Origin: a virus
Lineage: Duplodnaviria > Caudoviricetes
IMG/VR virus record: IMGVR_UViG_3300027608_000010
Length of the DNA stretch: 64,000 nucleotides
Strand: one strand, 5' to 3'
The position numbers were made by a program, and so were the translations under genes. Below, piece by piece: positions 50,685 to 59,597 of this stretch (position 1 is its first letter; every line of letters starts with the position of its first letter). The notes under the pieces were generated by a model that worked only from the letters and a program-made list of their open reading frames with translations, was not told where the DNA came from and ran no database searches.

Positions 50685-51653
50685 ATGGCAACTAAAAAAA
50701 CTAAAGTAACACCCGAAGCAGCACCCGTAGCAGCACCGGTAGCCGAGGCAGCCCCTACTGCAAAAAAGGCAACAAAATCAATTAAATCTACTAAAGAACC
50801 CAAAACGGTTCCTGTAGAAAAGGTTCAAGAAATTGCTGAACAGGCAGCTAAAGAACAAGCTCCACAACCCGGACAGATTCAAGTTAACGTTGACTATCTA
50901 AAAACAACCAAAGTACACATTGCAATGCCATGTTACGGTGGTATGTTGACTGAAAGTACATTCATGTCATTTATTAAGTGGGCTAATACTGCCCGTCAAC
51001 TTGGTATTGACTGGACATTGGAAACAATGGTTAATGAATCATTAATCAGTCGTGCTCGTAATACACTAACAGCTAAGTTCTTAGAACAAGAAGGCTCAAC
51101 GCATTTATTCTTTGTTGATGCTGATATTGGTTGGGAACCATGGCACTTGTTAGTATTAATCAACCGTGACGTTGACGTTATCGGTGGATTGTATCCAATG
51201 AAAACTATGCCGATCAAGTGGGTAGTTAATGGATTTGATGGTGCTGAAGAAGGTCCAGATGGATTCCAAGAAGTAAGTAAAGCAGGTACCGGATTCTTGT
51301 TAATGAAGCGTCATGTATTTGAAAAACTTAAAGCACATCCTGCTGTTAAGCAATACAAGAACGACATTGGATTAGATCCAAAATTTGACGCACATTTAAA
51401 GACATATTTTGATACAGCAGTTCGTCAAAATCGTTACTACAGTGAAGACTGGACATTCTGTGAAAACTGGCGTGATCTAGGTGGTAAAATCTATGTTGAT
51501 AAACGTGTATTATTGCGCCATAGTGGTAGCTATGTATTCTGTATGGAAAATCAGGATCATTTGATGAATTCAATTGGTCCTATGTATGTTCAAGAATTAC
51601 AGAAGAAACAAGCTGAAGCCGCTCAACAAGCAGCCGCAACCCCAGCACAATAA
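50685..51653 (+). CDS. GT-A-fold glycosyltransferase-like protein
   Basis: IAMPCYGG, ESLISRARN, FFVDADIGW (DxD), GTGFLL and SEDWTFC motifs. Confidence 0.75.
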   Translation: MATKKTKVTPEAAPVAAPVAEAAPTAKKATKSIKSTKEPKTVPVEKVQEIAEQAAKEQAPQPGQIQVNVDYLKTTKVHIAMPCYGGMLTESTFMSFIKWANTARQLGIDWTLETMVNESLISRARNTLTAKFLEQEGSTHLFFVDADIGWEPWHLLVLINRDVDVIGGLYPMKTMPIKWVVNGFDGAEEGPDGFQEVSKAGTGFLLMKRHVFEKLKAHPAVKQYKNDIGLDPKFDAHLKTYFDTAVRQNRYYSEDWTFCENWRDLGGKIYVDKRVLLRHSGSYVFCMENQDHLMNSIGPMYVQELQKKQAEAAQQAAATPAQ

Positions 51654-51673
51654 TAGAATTTAATTCTATTTTA

Positions 51674-51706
51674 ATGGCTATCACACACCGTGATAGCCAT
51701 TTTTTT
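51674..51706 (+). terminator. rho-independent terminator
   Basis: ATGGCTATCAC-ACACC-GTGATAGCCAT followed by a T-tract. Confidence 0.88.
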
Positions 51707-51738
51707 ATATAAATACTATATACTAAGGATTATCTACT

Positions 51739-52044
51739 ATGTTCTCATTTTTATTTTCTAACCCGCCGTTTAGTAAAGCACCACCGTATAATATATCTAT
51801 GCCAATTTCAGCACCAAACTTAAATGATAAGATGGAACCAACAGCACCTAAAGTTAACACTAATTTTAACAGTTGGTTTGGGGTCTCTATAGGTTATTCT
51901 GCATCGTTATTTGGAAAACCGTCAACTCCTCCTACGAAACCGGCTTCCACAACCATACCAACAACAAGCCGTATTGCAACACCGTCAACTATTGCTACAA
52001 ATTCAAAGATGACTATAACTAAAAAAGGTTTATTTAATTGGTAA
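51739..52044 (+). CDS. hypothetical P/T-rich protein
   Basis: Preceded by TATAAATA (51708-51715) and AAGGA; fills the gap before the next gene. Confidence 0.45.
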   Translation: MFSFLFSNPPFSKAPPYNISMPISAPNLNDKMEPTAPKVNTNFNSWFGVSIGYSASLFGKPSTPPTKPASTTIPTTSRIATPSTIATNSKMTITKKGLFNW

Positions 52045-52050
52045 AATACA

Positions 52051-52917
52051 ATGAATTTTAATGAATTAAATAGTTTCAACATGTCGGATGCTGTTCGTTT
52101 TCACGAACATTTGAATCCTGCCATATTTAACGGTGACCACATGAAAGAAAACGTAAGAGAGCAATTATTATTGATTGCTAGCGATTTTATAGAACATCTT
52201 GGCTTATCTGATTTAGCAATTCAAGATATCACTATCTCTGGAAGTAATGCAGCCTATAGTTATACTAATCTAAGTGATATTGATTTACATCTATTGGTTG
52301 ATATGACTCAGTTCAACGAAGATGATGTTTACCGTGAACTGTTTGACGCTAAAAAGACTGTATATAATGATAACCACGACATATTGATTGATGGGTATGA
52401 AGTAGAATTATATGTACAGGATAGTAATGAACCTGTTATTAGTCTTGGTGAGTACTCAGTAATGAATGATAAATGGTTAAAGCTACCTAGAAAACGCAAA
52501 GCAGACTTTGACCAAGTTGCTACTAAATTGAAATATCGCAAGTTATACAAGTTAGCAGGATATGCATTAAAGTCTGATGATCCAGAAAAGATTAATAGAT
52601 TAATTAATACTGTTAAGAAATATAGAAGAATTGGATTAGATTATAATGGTGAGTTTGGCCCAGAAAATATTGCATTTAAAGCATTGCGTAATAAAGGTAT
52701 AATTAAGAAATTATATGAGAAATTACAATTACTACACAGTCAACGATTAAGTTTACCTGAGTCCAGCGGGTACATCCCAAGCCCAAATGAAAAGAATGAT
52801 AGACGATGGATGACTGCATTAACCGCAGATATCACACCATTTACAATGCAACAAAATGCTAAGAAATTAGGAAGTAAAATAAGTCGTGCGGGTATCCCAC
52901 CGTTACTTAGACCATAA
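52051..52917 (+). CDS. DNA polymerase beta superfamily nucleotidyltransferase
   Basis: ISGSNAAYSY-TNLSDIDLHLLVD (GS...DxD) and a third acidic residue in YEVELYVQD. Confidence 0.8.
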   Translation: MNFNELNSFNMSDAVRFHEHLNPAIFNGDHMKENVREQLLLIASDFIEHLGLSDLAIQDITISGSNAAYSYTNLSDIDLHLLVDMTQFNEDDVYRELFDAKKTVYNDNHDILIDGYEVELYVQDSNEPVISLGEYSVMNDKWLKLPRKRKADFDQVATKLKYRKLYKLAGYALKSDDPEKINRLINTVKKYRRIGLDYNGEFGPENIAFKALRNKGIIKKLYEKLQLLHSQRLSLPESSGYIPSPNEKNDRRWMTALTADITPFTMQQNAKKLGSKISRAGIPPLLRP

Positions 52918-52936
52918 GAATAAGAAGGAAGATTAA

Positions 52937-55900
52937 ATGTCAAAAATTTGGATAAAACCGCAACAAGTAGATATAACTCAAGACCCAGGACTTAGTCCTC
53001 CTGTTGTACCTAAAGAAGATTTAGGTCTTGGATTTGTAGATGCTAACTCAACGTTTACTACCTCAACACCGTCAACACCTTTAACCAATACGGTTAATAA
53101 CATTTATATCACCCGAGGTCCTAGAGGACGTGATGGACAAGTTCAATTTAATGAAGATGGTTCTTATACAGGTGATCCTGGATTGTTATATGAGCCGAAT
53201 TCAGATACATTGACTACTGGAACATTAGACGTTAACCAGCTTAATGCAAATCGTGCAAATTTAGGTTCTATCAATTATCTAACTATATTAGGTGGAAACA
53301 ATAGAGATGTATTAAAAACAAATGGTAGTGGTGTTATTACTTGGGCAAGTGCATTCCCATCAGATGTAGGTAATAGTGGTAAATTCTTAATGACCAATGG
53401 CATTAGTCAGCAATGGGCACATCCTAGCTATACGAATTTAGTTGATGTCCCATCAAATATTGCTACTCAAAGTTATGTTGGAAATGCTATTGCTAATCTA
53501 GTAGATAGTTCACCGGCAGCATTGAATACATTAAATGAACTTGCAACTGCTTTAGGTAATAACGCAAATTACGCAACTGATATTACAAATATTTTAGCAA
53601 ATAAAGCAAACGTTACTTATGTAGATAATAAACTTGCAAACATTACGTGGGCTAATTTAACTGGTAGACCCACTATACCGGATGCACAAATCAACAGTGA
53701 TTGGACTGAAACAAATGTAGCCAGTAAAGCATTTATTCAAAATAAACCAACACTAGGTAATATTTCTAATATCAATATTAGTGGCAGTAGTTCTCAGGTA
53801 TTTTATGGTAATGGTATTTTTGCTAGTTTGCCTGCCGAAGTTAATTTAGGTAATCTAACTTTTAATGGAAATAATTTATCATCTACTAGCAATGTGGTTA
53901 TCATTACTACTAATGGAGCTGATGGATTAACTCAGTTAGAAAATAAACATATCAATGGTGATACATATGTTTGGTTAGACGAAGGTAATGTAAAAATAGA
54001 AGCCGACGGAAATGTTTGGACTTTTGCTAATAGTGGTAATTTAATGTTACCAGCTGGTGGTGACATCTTAGATAGTACAGGTAATAGTGTATTGGGTGTT
54101 AGTGGCGCAAACACAGGCAATATTACATTTAGTGGCAACGAAATTGGATCTACTGGCAATTTTATTAATATTACGTCAACGACTGGATATGTTCAATTAG
54201 AAAACTTAGATTCAACCAATGGTTCTACTTATATTTACCTACAAGAAGGTAATGTATTTGTAGAAAACAATGAGGGAACTTGGACATTTCATAACACTGG
54301 ATCATTATTATTTCCAGAAACGTCAAATGTTGAATTTGCTATAGTAATAAATGACACACTTGGTGAAATGAGTATTAGTACTGATAGTGGAAATATAGCT
54401 ATATGGCCGGAAAATAGTAAGTGGTTGTTTGGCGCAGATGGTAACTTAACATTACCGGCTAATACATTTAGTGTTAACTATGCTAATGGTACTCAAGTGT
54501 CCTTAGGTGGAGGCGGTGGAGCGAACACCGGCAATATTACATTCAGTGATACTACAATGGCTAGTACAAATGGTAATGTTAAGATTGGGTTTTCCCCTTC
54601 AGCAAGTCCTGCAGTAGAATTTACGTTTACTGATAATGGTAACTTAGTGTTACCACAAGGTACTATCTTAAGTGAAACAGCCAACTCAACAACCATCACA
54701 CCACCGAATGCATTAGCTGGACAGGGTTTAGTAGTTCGCTTAACAGGGGTTCAAGGAATTGTTTCCGATCATCCAGGTGGATTTACTGACGGTGATACTA
54801 TAACTCTAACTGTAACTCCTGATTATGGCAGTGCCCAAGTTACTGGAACATTAGATTATACATTTACTGGAGCTACTAGTGTACAATTAGGTAGAGCGTT
54901 AACAGGCACATTGACATTTACTAATGAAGTTTCTAAACCAATAAGTTGGACTATACCAGTATCAAGTACTATGACAACTTTCACTGTCACCATTAGCAAT
55001 GCATCAGGGTTTACTATTACTAGTGTTGATAACACACTTACACTGTCAACTACCGGTAGTACTGAAGACCATCATATTCACTTAATAGCAGGTGATCCTT
55101 CAATCACTGACATATATTTAGGTGATGATGACCAGTATGTTAAAATTGAAAAGAACGGTGGTAATGTAGTTATCGGAACTGATACAAATAATAAGCAATG
55201 GACCTTTGACACAAACGGTGCGCTAACATTCCCAGGTGGTGAAACATTTGAAAATGGACAAATAACAGCGACTGCAAATGGACAGGCTATGTTAGCCGAC
55301 AATGCACTTAATAATTTTATCTGGGTTGATAGTAATGGTGCGTATATTGAAACAGATGATGGCACAGAAAATACCTGGACATTCGGTGATGATGGTAATT
55401 TATCAATGCCAGGCAATACTGTTGTCTCAACTCCTGATAATACATCATTGAGATTACGCACTTCAAACAATGAATACGGTTCGACTAGTATTGAATTTGT
55501 TAGTGATATCAACGGACCTCATCCTTATACCTCTAAAGTTGAGGTTGACGGTGATGGTGTAAAGGTACATAACAGTGGTGATACTGTAGTTTGGAGTTTT
55601 AGTGGTGGTACATTTAACTTACCAAATGATAGTACAGGAAATGGTGTAATTTATTCTAACGTTGCTAATGCACAGTTATACACTGATAGAACTGGTAATG
55701 CTCAGGTAAGTATTCGTTCTAAAGGTATCGCCGGTGACAAGACCTGGGCATTCAAAGACAACGGAGAAGTACAGTTTCCGGACAACACATTACAAACTAC
55801 TGCATACAGAAACAGACCATTAACTAATCTGAACCTAGATGGCGGTAGTGCAAGTGTAGTTTTTGAAATTGATATGGCATTTGTTGATGGTGGCGGAAGT

Positions 55901-55999
55901 TTCTTACGTGGCATTCTATCACAAGATATATATGACGGCAATGATGGTGGTGCAACCATAACACAATTTGATAAAATATTAGACGGAGGCCAATCATAA
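52937..55999 (+). CDS. modular tail fibre protein
   Basis: 1020 aa; SPAALNTLNELATALGN fibre motif; about 8 W-x-F-x3-G-x-L-x-x-P repeats; C-terminal DGG motifs. Confidence 0.8.
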   Translation: MSKIWIKPQQVDITQDPGLSPPVVPKEDLGLGFVDANSTFTTSTPSTPLTNTVNNIYITRGPRGRDGQVQFNEDGSYTGDPGLLYEPNSDTLTTGTLDVNQLNANRANLGSINYLTILGGNNRDVLKTNGSGVITWASAFPSDVGNSGKFLMTNGISQQWAHPSYTNLVDVPSNIATQSYVGNAIANLVDSSPAALNTLNELATALGNNANYATDITNILANKANVTYVDNKLANITWANLTGRPTIPDAQINSDWTETNVASKAFIQNKPTLGNISNINISGSSSQVFYGNGIFASLPAEVNLGNLTFNGNNLSSTSNVVIITTNGADGLTQLENKHINGDTYVWLDEGNVKIEADGNVWTFANSGNLMLPAGGDILDSTGNSVLGVSGANTGNITFSGNEIGSTGNFINITSTTGYVQLENLDSTNGSTYIYLQEGNVFVENNEGTWTFHNTGSLLFPETSNVEFAIVINDTLGEMSISTDSGNIAIWPENSKWLFGADGNLTLPANTFSVNYANGTQVSLGGGGGANTGNITFSDTTMASTNGNVKIGFSPSASPAVEFTFTDNGNLVLPQGTILSETANSTTITPPNALAGQGLVVRLTGVQGIVSDHPGGFTDGDTITLTVTPDYGSAQVTGTLDYTFTGATSVQLGRALTGTLTFTNEVSKPISWTIPVSSTMTTFTVTISNASGFTITSVDNTLTLSTTGSTEDHHIHLIAGDPSITDIYLGDDDQYVKIEKNGGNVVIGTDTNNKQWTFDTNGALTFPGGETFENGQITATANGQAMLADNALNNFIWVDSNGAYIETDDGTENTWTFGDDGNLSMPGNTVVSTPDNTSLRLRTSNNEYGSTSIEFVSDINGPHPYTSKVEVDGDGVKVHNSGDTVVWSFSGGTFNLPNDSTGNGVIYSNVANAQLYTDRTGNAQVSIRSKGIAGDKTWAFKDNGEVQFPDNTLQTTAYRNRPLTNLNLDGGSASVVFEIDMAFVDGGGSFLRGILSQDIYDGNDGGATITQFDKILDGGQS

Positions 56000-58515
56000 T
56001 GGCAAATAGAATACAAATAAGACGAGACAGTGAAGAAAACTGGGTTGATGCTGACCCAGTATTAGCTGACGGAGAACTAGGATTAAACTACGATAATAAT
56101 CAAATCAAGATTGGTGATGGGACAAACACTTGGACTAGCTTATCTTATAGTGGTTCTAGTACAGGTAATGTTACATTCAGTGACCAAGTTATAGTAGGTA
56201 CCGGCGACATTGATGGTGGTGGTAGCGGATTATATTTGTCTCCGGGCGCTAACAGCACAGCTAATCTACAATATCTCAGAGTGCGTGGTGGAGATGACAG
56301 TGGTCACATTCATTTGGACACAGGCAACAACACAATATATGACCAATTCTTCGGCAATGATAACAAGTATCTTAAATTAGAAGCTGGCGACACCGGTAAT
56401 ATAGTAATAAGCACAGACGGAACCTATGAATGGCAATTTGGCAGCAATGGCAATTTAACACTGCCACAAGGTACTACTATAAGTGAAGCAACAAATATTG
56501 TTACTGTTACATTAGACCAGTTAACTGCTATCTCAGCCTGGACTGGAACTTTGGTTTTTACCAAAGTCAGTGACACATTATATCAAGCATTACCGAGTGG
56601 TCCAACTATGGAACTGGTTGTTGGTATTTGGAGACTTAGGTCTAATACTGCTACTTACTATGACTCAACAGACCTTATAACTTGGGGAACTGTTGCCGGT
56701 TCGTTGCCTGCGCCGGTTGGTACTACAGAGATATTGGAAACAATGAACCTAACAGTGGGTAGTAATGTTTGGACCTTTGGCGACGATGGCAACTTAACAC
56801 TACCAGGCAATGCTTTTGCAGTTAACTATGCTAACGGTACACAAGTATCAATCGGCGGTGGTGGTAATGCTAACACAGGCAATATTACATTTGACGATAA
56901 TATTGTTATTGGCACAGGCGATGAATTTGGCAGTACCGGATTGTATTTGGCCCCTGGAAATGCTAGTATTGCTAATAGTGCAGTACAATATTTAAGAGTG
57001 CGTGGAGGTGATGTTGCCACACACATTCACCTTGATACAGGCAACAACGCTTATTTTGACCAATACTTTGGTGATGACGACAAGTATGTAAAACTGGCTA
57101 ATACCGGCAATGTCGTAATCGGTACTGATGATGCCAATGGAAACTCAGCACAATGGACATTTGGCACAGATGGTAACTTAACTACACCAAGTAATTTAGT
57201 GATTGGCACAGGAGCTGGTAGTGGTTCAAGGATATTTCAATATGACGATGGTCTAGAAATTGTAGGAGAAGGTGCTAACTCCGTTGTACTAATGGGTTGG
57301 ACAGCAAATATAAGCGCACCCGATAGTGTTGCAACAATAGCAATGAATTACCCAAGTGGTGGCGAAGGTAATATATTGATTGCTGTAGGTAATAACGCAA
57401 CCACTGTACACAGCTGGCTTTTTGGCAATGATGGTGACTTAAAATTACCTGCAGGCGGTGATATTGTAGACAGTACTGGTACTAGTGTATTAGGCGGTGG
57501 CGCGGGTGGCGGTATAGCATTAACAGATTTAAGTATTGGTACTGATGGTACACCAACTGGTGGTGGTAATATTTCATATGCCAATTCAACTGGTGTATTT
57601 ACATATACTCCGCCGGTAATACCTGATGTTAGTGGATTTGCATTAACAAGTGATATACCTGATGTTAGTGGGTTCGTAACAGGCACGCCTTGGACGAGTG
57701 CAGGTTATTTAACAACTATCACAAATATATTCAATCAAGACTTGAATACAACTAACAATGTTACATTTAGTAGTGTAATCACTAGCAATGTACAAGCAAC
57801 TAACGGCTCACCCGCTGTGGCAAGTCCAGTGGCTGTCGGTGGTGCCGGCTCTTTGTTAACAATCAGTGCAGGTGATGGCGGCATTGCGGCTACCGGTGTT
57901 AATGCTGGGGCAGGTGGTAATCTAACAATCACTGCAGGTGATGCTGGTTCTGATATAGGTAACCCAAGTTGGGGAGAGATAGGCGGTACTCTTGTTATAA
58001 GAGGTGGAAATTCCTCAAGACCTTATCATGGTAGTGATGTTCAAATTCACAGCGGTAATGCTGTAGCATCACCCGGTGCAATATCTTTATACACTGGCAC
58101 AAATCAATGGACATTTGGCAAAACTGGTAACTTAACATTACCAGTTGGTGGCAACATTTTAGATAGTACAGGTACTAGTGTATTGTTCAGTGGTGACTAT
58201 ACTGACTTGACCAACAAACCAACTATATTAGCTGAACCTGCGTTCAGTGTTCAAACAACAGACTTCAATGCAACAGCAGGTTCTAGATATGGTTTTGATA
58301 CAACAACAGGAGTAGTAACTGCAACATTACCAGCAAGCCCAGCAACAGGTGATGCAATTTATTTTGCAGATGCAAGTGGTACAACGTCAACTAATAATTT
58401 CATAATTGCTAGAAACAGTCAAACAATTATGGGTTCAGCAAGTAATATGACAGTTAATGTCAACGACCAAAGTTTTGGGTTGTTCTATAATGGAACAACT
58501 TGGAGAGTTTATTGA
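55999..58515 (+). CDS. tail fibre protein with Mtd-N-like N-terminus
   Basis: MANRIQIRRD...LADGELG...IKIGDG start; duplicated internal module; C-terminal TLPASPATGD domain. Confidence 0.8.
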   Translation: MANRIQIRRDSEENWVDADPVLADGELGLNYDNNQIKIGDGTNTWTSLSYSGSSTGNVTFSDQVIVGTGDIDGGGSGLYLSPGANSTANLQYLRVRGGDDSGHIHLDTGNNTIYDQFFGNDNKYLKLEAGDTGNIVISTDGTYEWQFGSNGNLTLPQGTTISEATNIVTVTLDQLTAISAWTGTLVFTKVSDTLYQALPSGPTMELVVGIWRLRSNTATYYDSTDLITWGTVAGSLPAPVGTTEILETMNLTVGSNVWTFGDDGNLTLPGNAFAVNYANGTQVSIGGGGNANTGNITFDDNIVIGTGDEFGSTGLYLAPGNASIANSAVQYLRVRGGDVATHIHLDTGNNAYFDQYFGDDDKYVKLANTGNVVIGTDDANGNSAQWTFGTDGNLTTPSNLVIGTGAGSGSRIFQYDDGLEIVGEGANSVVLMGWTANISAPDSVATIAMNYPSGGEGNILIAVGNNATTVHSWLFGNDGDLKLPAGGDIVDSTGTSVLGGGAGGGIALTDLSIGTDGTPTGGGNISYANSTGVFTYTPPVIPDVSGFALTSDIPDVSGFVTGTPWTSAGYLTTITNIFNQDLNTTNNVTFSSVITSNVQATNGSPAVASPVAVGGAGSLLTISAGDGGIAATGVNAGAGGNLTITAGDAGSDIGNPSWGEIGGTLVIRGGNSSRPYHGSDVQIHSGNAVASPGAISLYTGTNQWTFGKTGNLTLPVGGNILDSTGTSVLFSGDYTDLTNKPTILAEPAFSVQTTDFNATAGSRYGFDTTTGVVTATLPASPATGDAIYFADASGTTSTNNFIIARNSQTIMGSASNMTVNVNDQSFGLFYNGTTWRVY

Positions 58516-58533
58516 TAAAATAAGGAATAGGAA

Positions 58534-59508
58534 ATGTCAAATTTATCAGATTACAAATTAACAATATCAACTAATGATGATTTATCATTAACCGGTAATA
58601 TCACTACTACACAGGACATTACCGCTAATAATATCAGCGCAACTAGTATCATAGTCAACGGTCAAACTTTAACTGCTACTGGTGCTGTTAATCCTGACTA
58701 CATCAATATGACAACATCTGCGGCGGTAAATGTAGCCGCAAGTGGAACAGACCTTACTTGGGATGTAAACAATGGTAGTTCGGGTATCGCATATAGCGCA
58801 GGCAAATTTTCTCTTACAGCAGGAAAAACATATCACATTTTAGCTGAACTAGCAATGCAAGAGTACAGTGCCAACGGATATCTACTAGTAGAACTAGTTG
58901 ACGGTACTACAAACGCACGAATTGGTTCTCAGACAGTGACTTTACCTTATAATTCAGGATTCAATGAAACTAACAATCCTACTCTTGATGTAGTATACAC
59001 ACCCGTAGCAAATCAAGATGTTAAATTAAGAGTCACTGGTGGCACAGGCGGATTAACTGCTCAATTAAGAGGCGGCGGATTTGCTAGAATGAGTATTGTT
59101 CAACTGAATCCTACAGCAAGTTTAAGTGCGGTATCTACAATTAGTGCCAGTGGCAATGTCACAGTTGGTGGCAACTTGACTGTTACTGGTGGCATACGCA
59201 AGAGTGCAAGAGTGCTTACTACAACCACTACATTGACAGTGGCAGATGCCAGTGGCTTTATTCAGTGCACCGGTGGACCATACACAGTTACATTACCCAA
59301 TCCGACTCAAGCCGCTAATGCAGGCATTGGTTATAGATTTTGGCAAAATACTGCCAGTAATATCACTCTAAGCACTCCGGCTGGAGCCTTCTTTGGTCCA
59401 AGTGGCACCACTACAAGCACAGTAGTTCTAGTACAGGCTACTACAAGTTATTGGGATGTTTGGAGCGATGGCTTTAACTGGGCTGTGTTTGGAATAAAGA
59501 TAGCATAA
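58534..59508 (+). CDS. tail fibre / receptor-binding protein
   Basis: Beta-sandwich-like central region and C-terminal YTVTLP domain. Confidence 0.65.
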   Translation: MSNLSDYKLTISTNDDLSLTGNITTTQDITANNISATSIIVNGQTLTATGAVNPDYINMTTSAAVNVAASGTDLTWDVNNGSSGIAYSAGKFSLTAGKTYHILAELAMQEYSANGYLLVELVDGTTNARIGSQTVTLPYNSGFNETNNPTLDVVYTPVANQDVKLRVTGGTGGLTAQLRGGGFARMSIVQLNPTASLSAVSTISASGNVTVGGNLTVTGGIRKSARVLTTTTTLTVADASGFIQCTGGPYTVTLPNPTQAANAGIGYRFWQNTASNITLSTPAGAFFGPSGTTTSTVVLVQATTSYWDVWSDGFNWAVFGIKIA

Positions 59509-59597
59509 TATGAAACATACTAAAAATGGTATAATAACTCAGTGGGAAACCGCAAGTTGTTGAGAAAAACTATAAATATAACAAATGGAGACATTAA

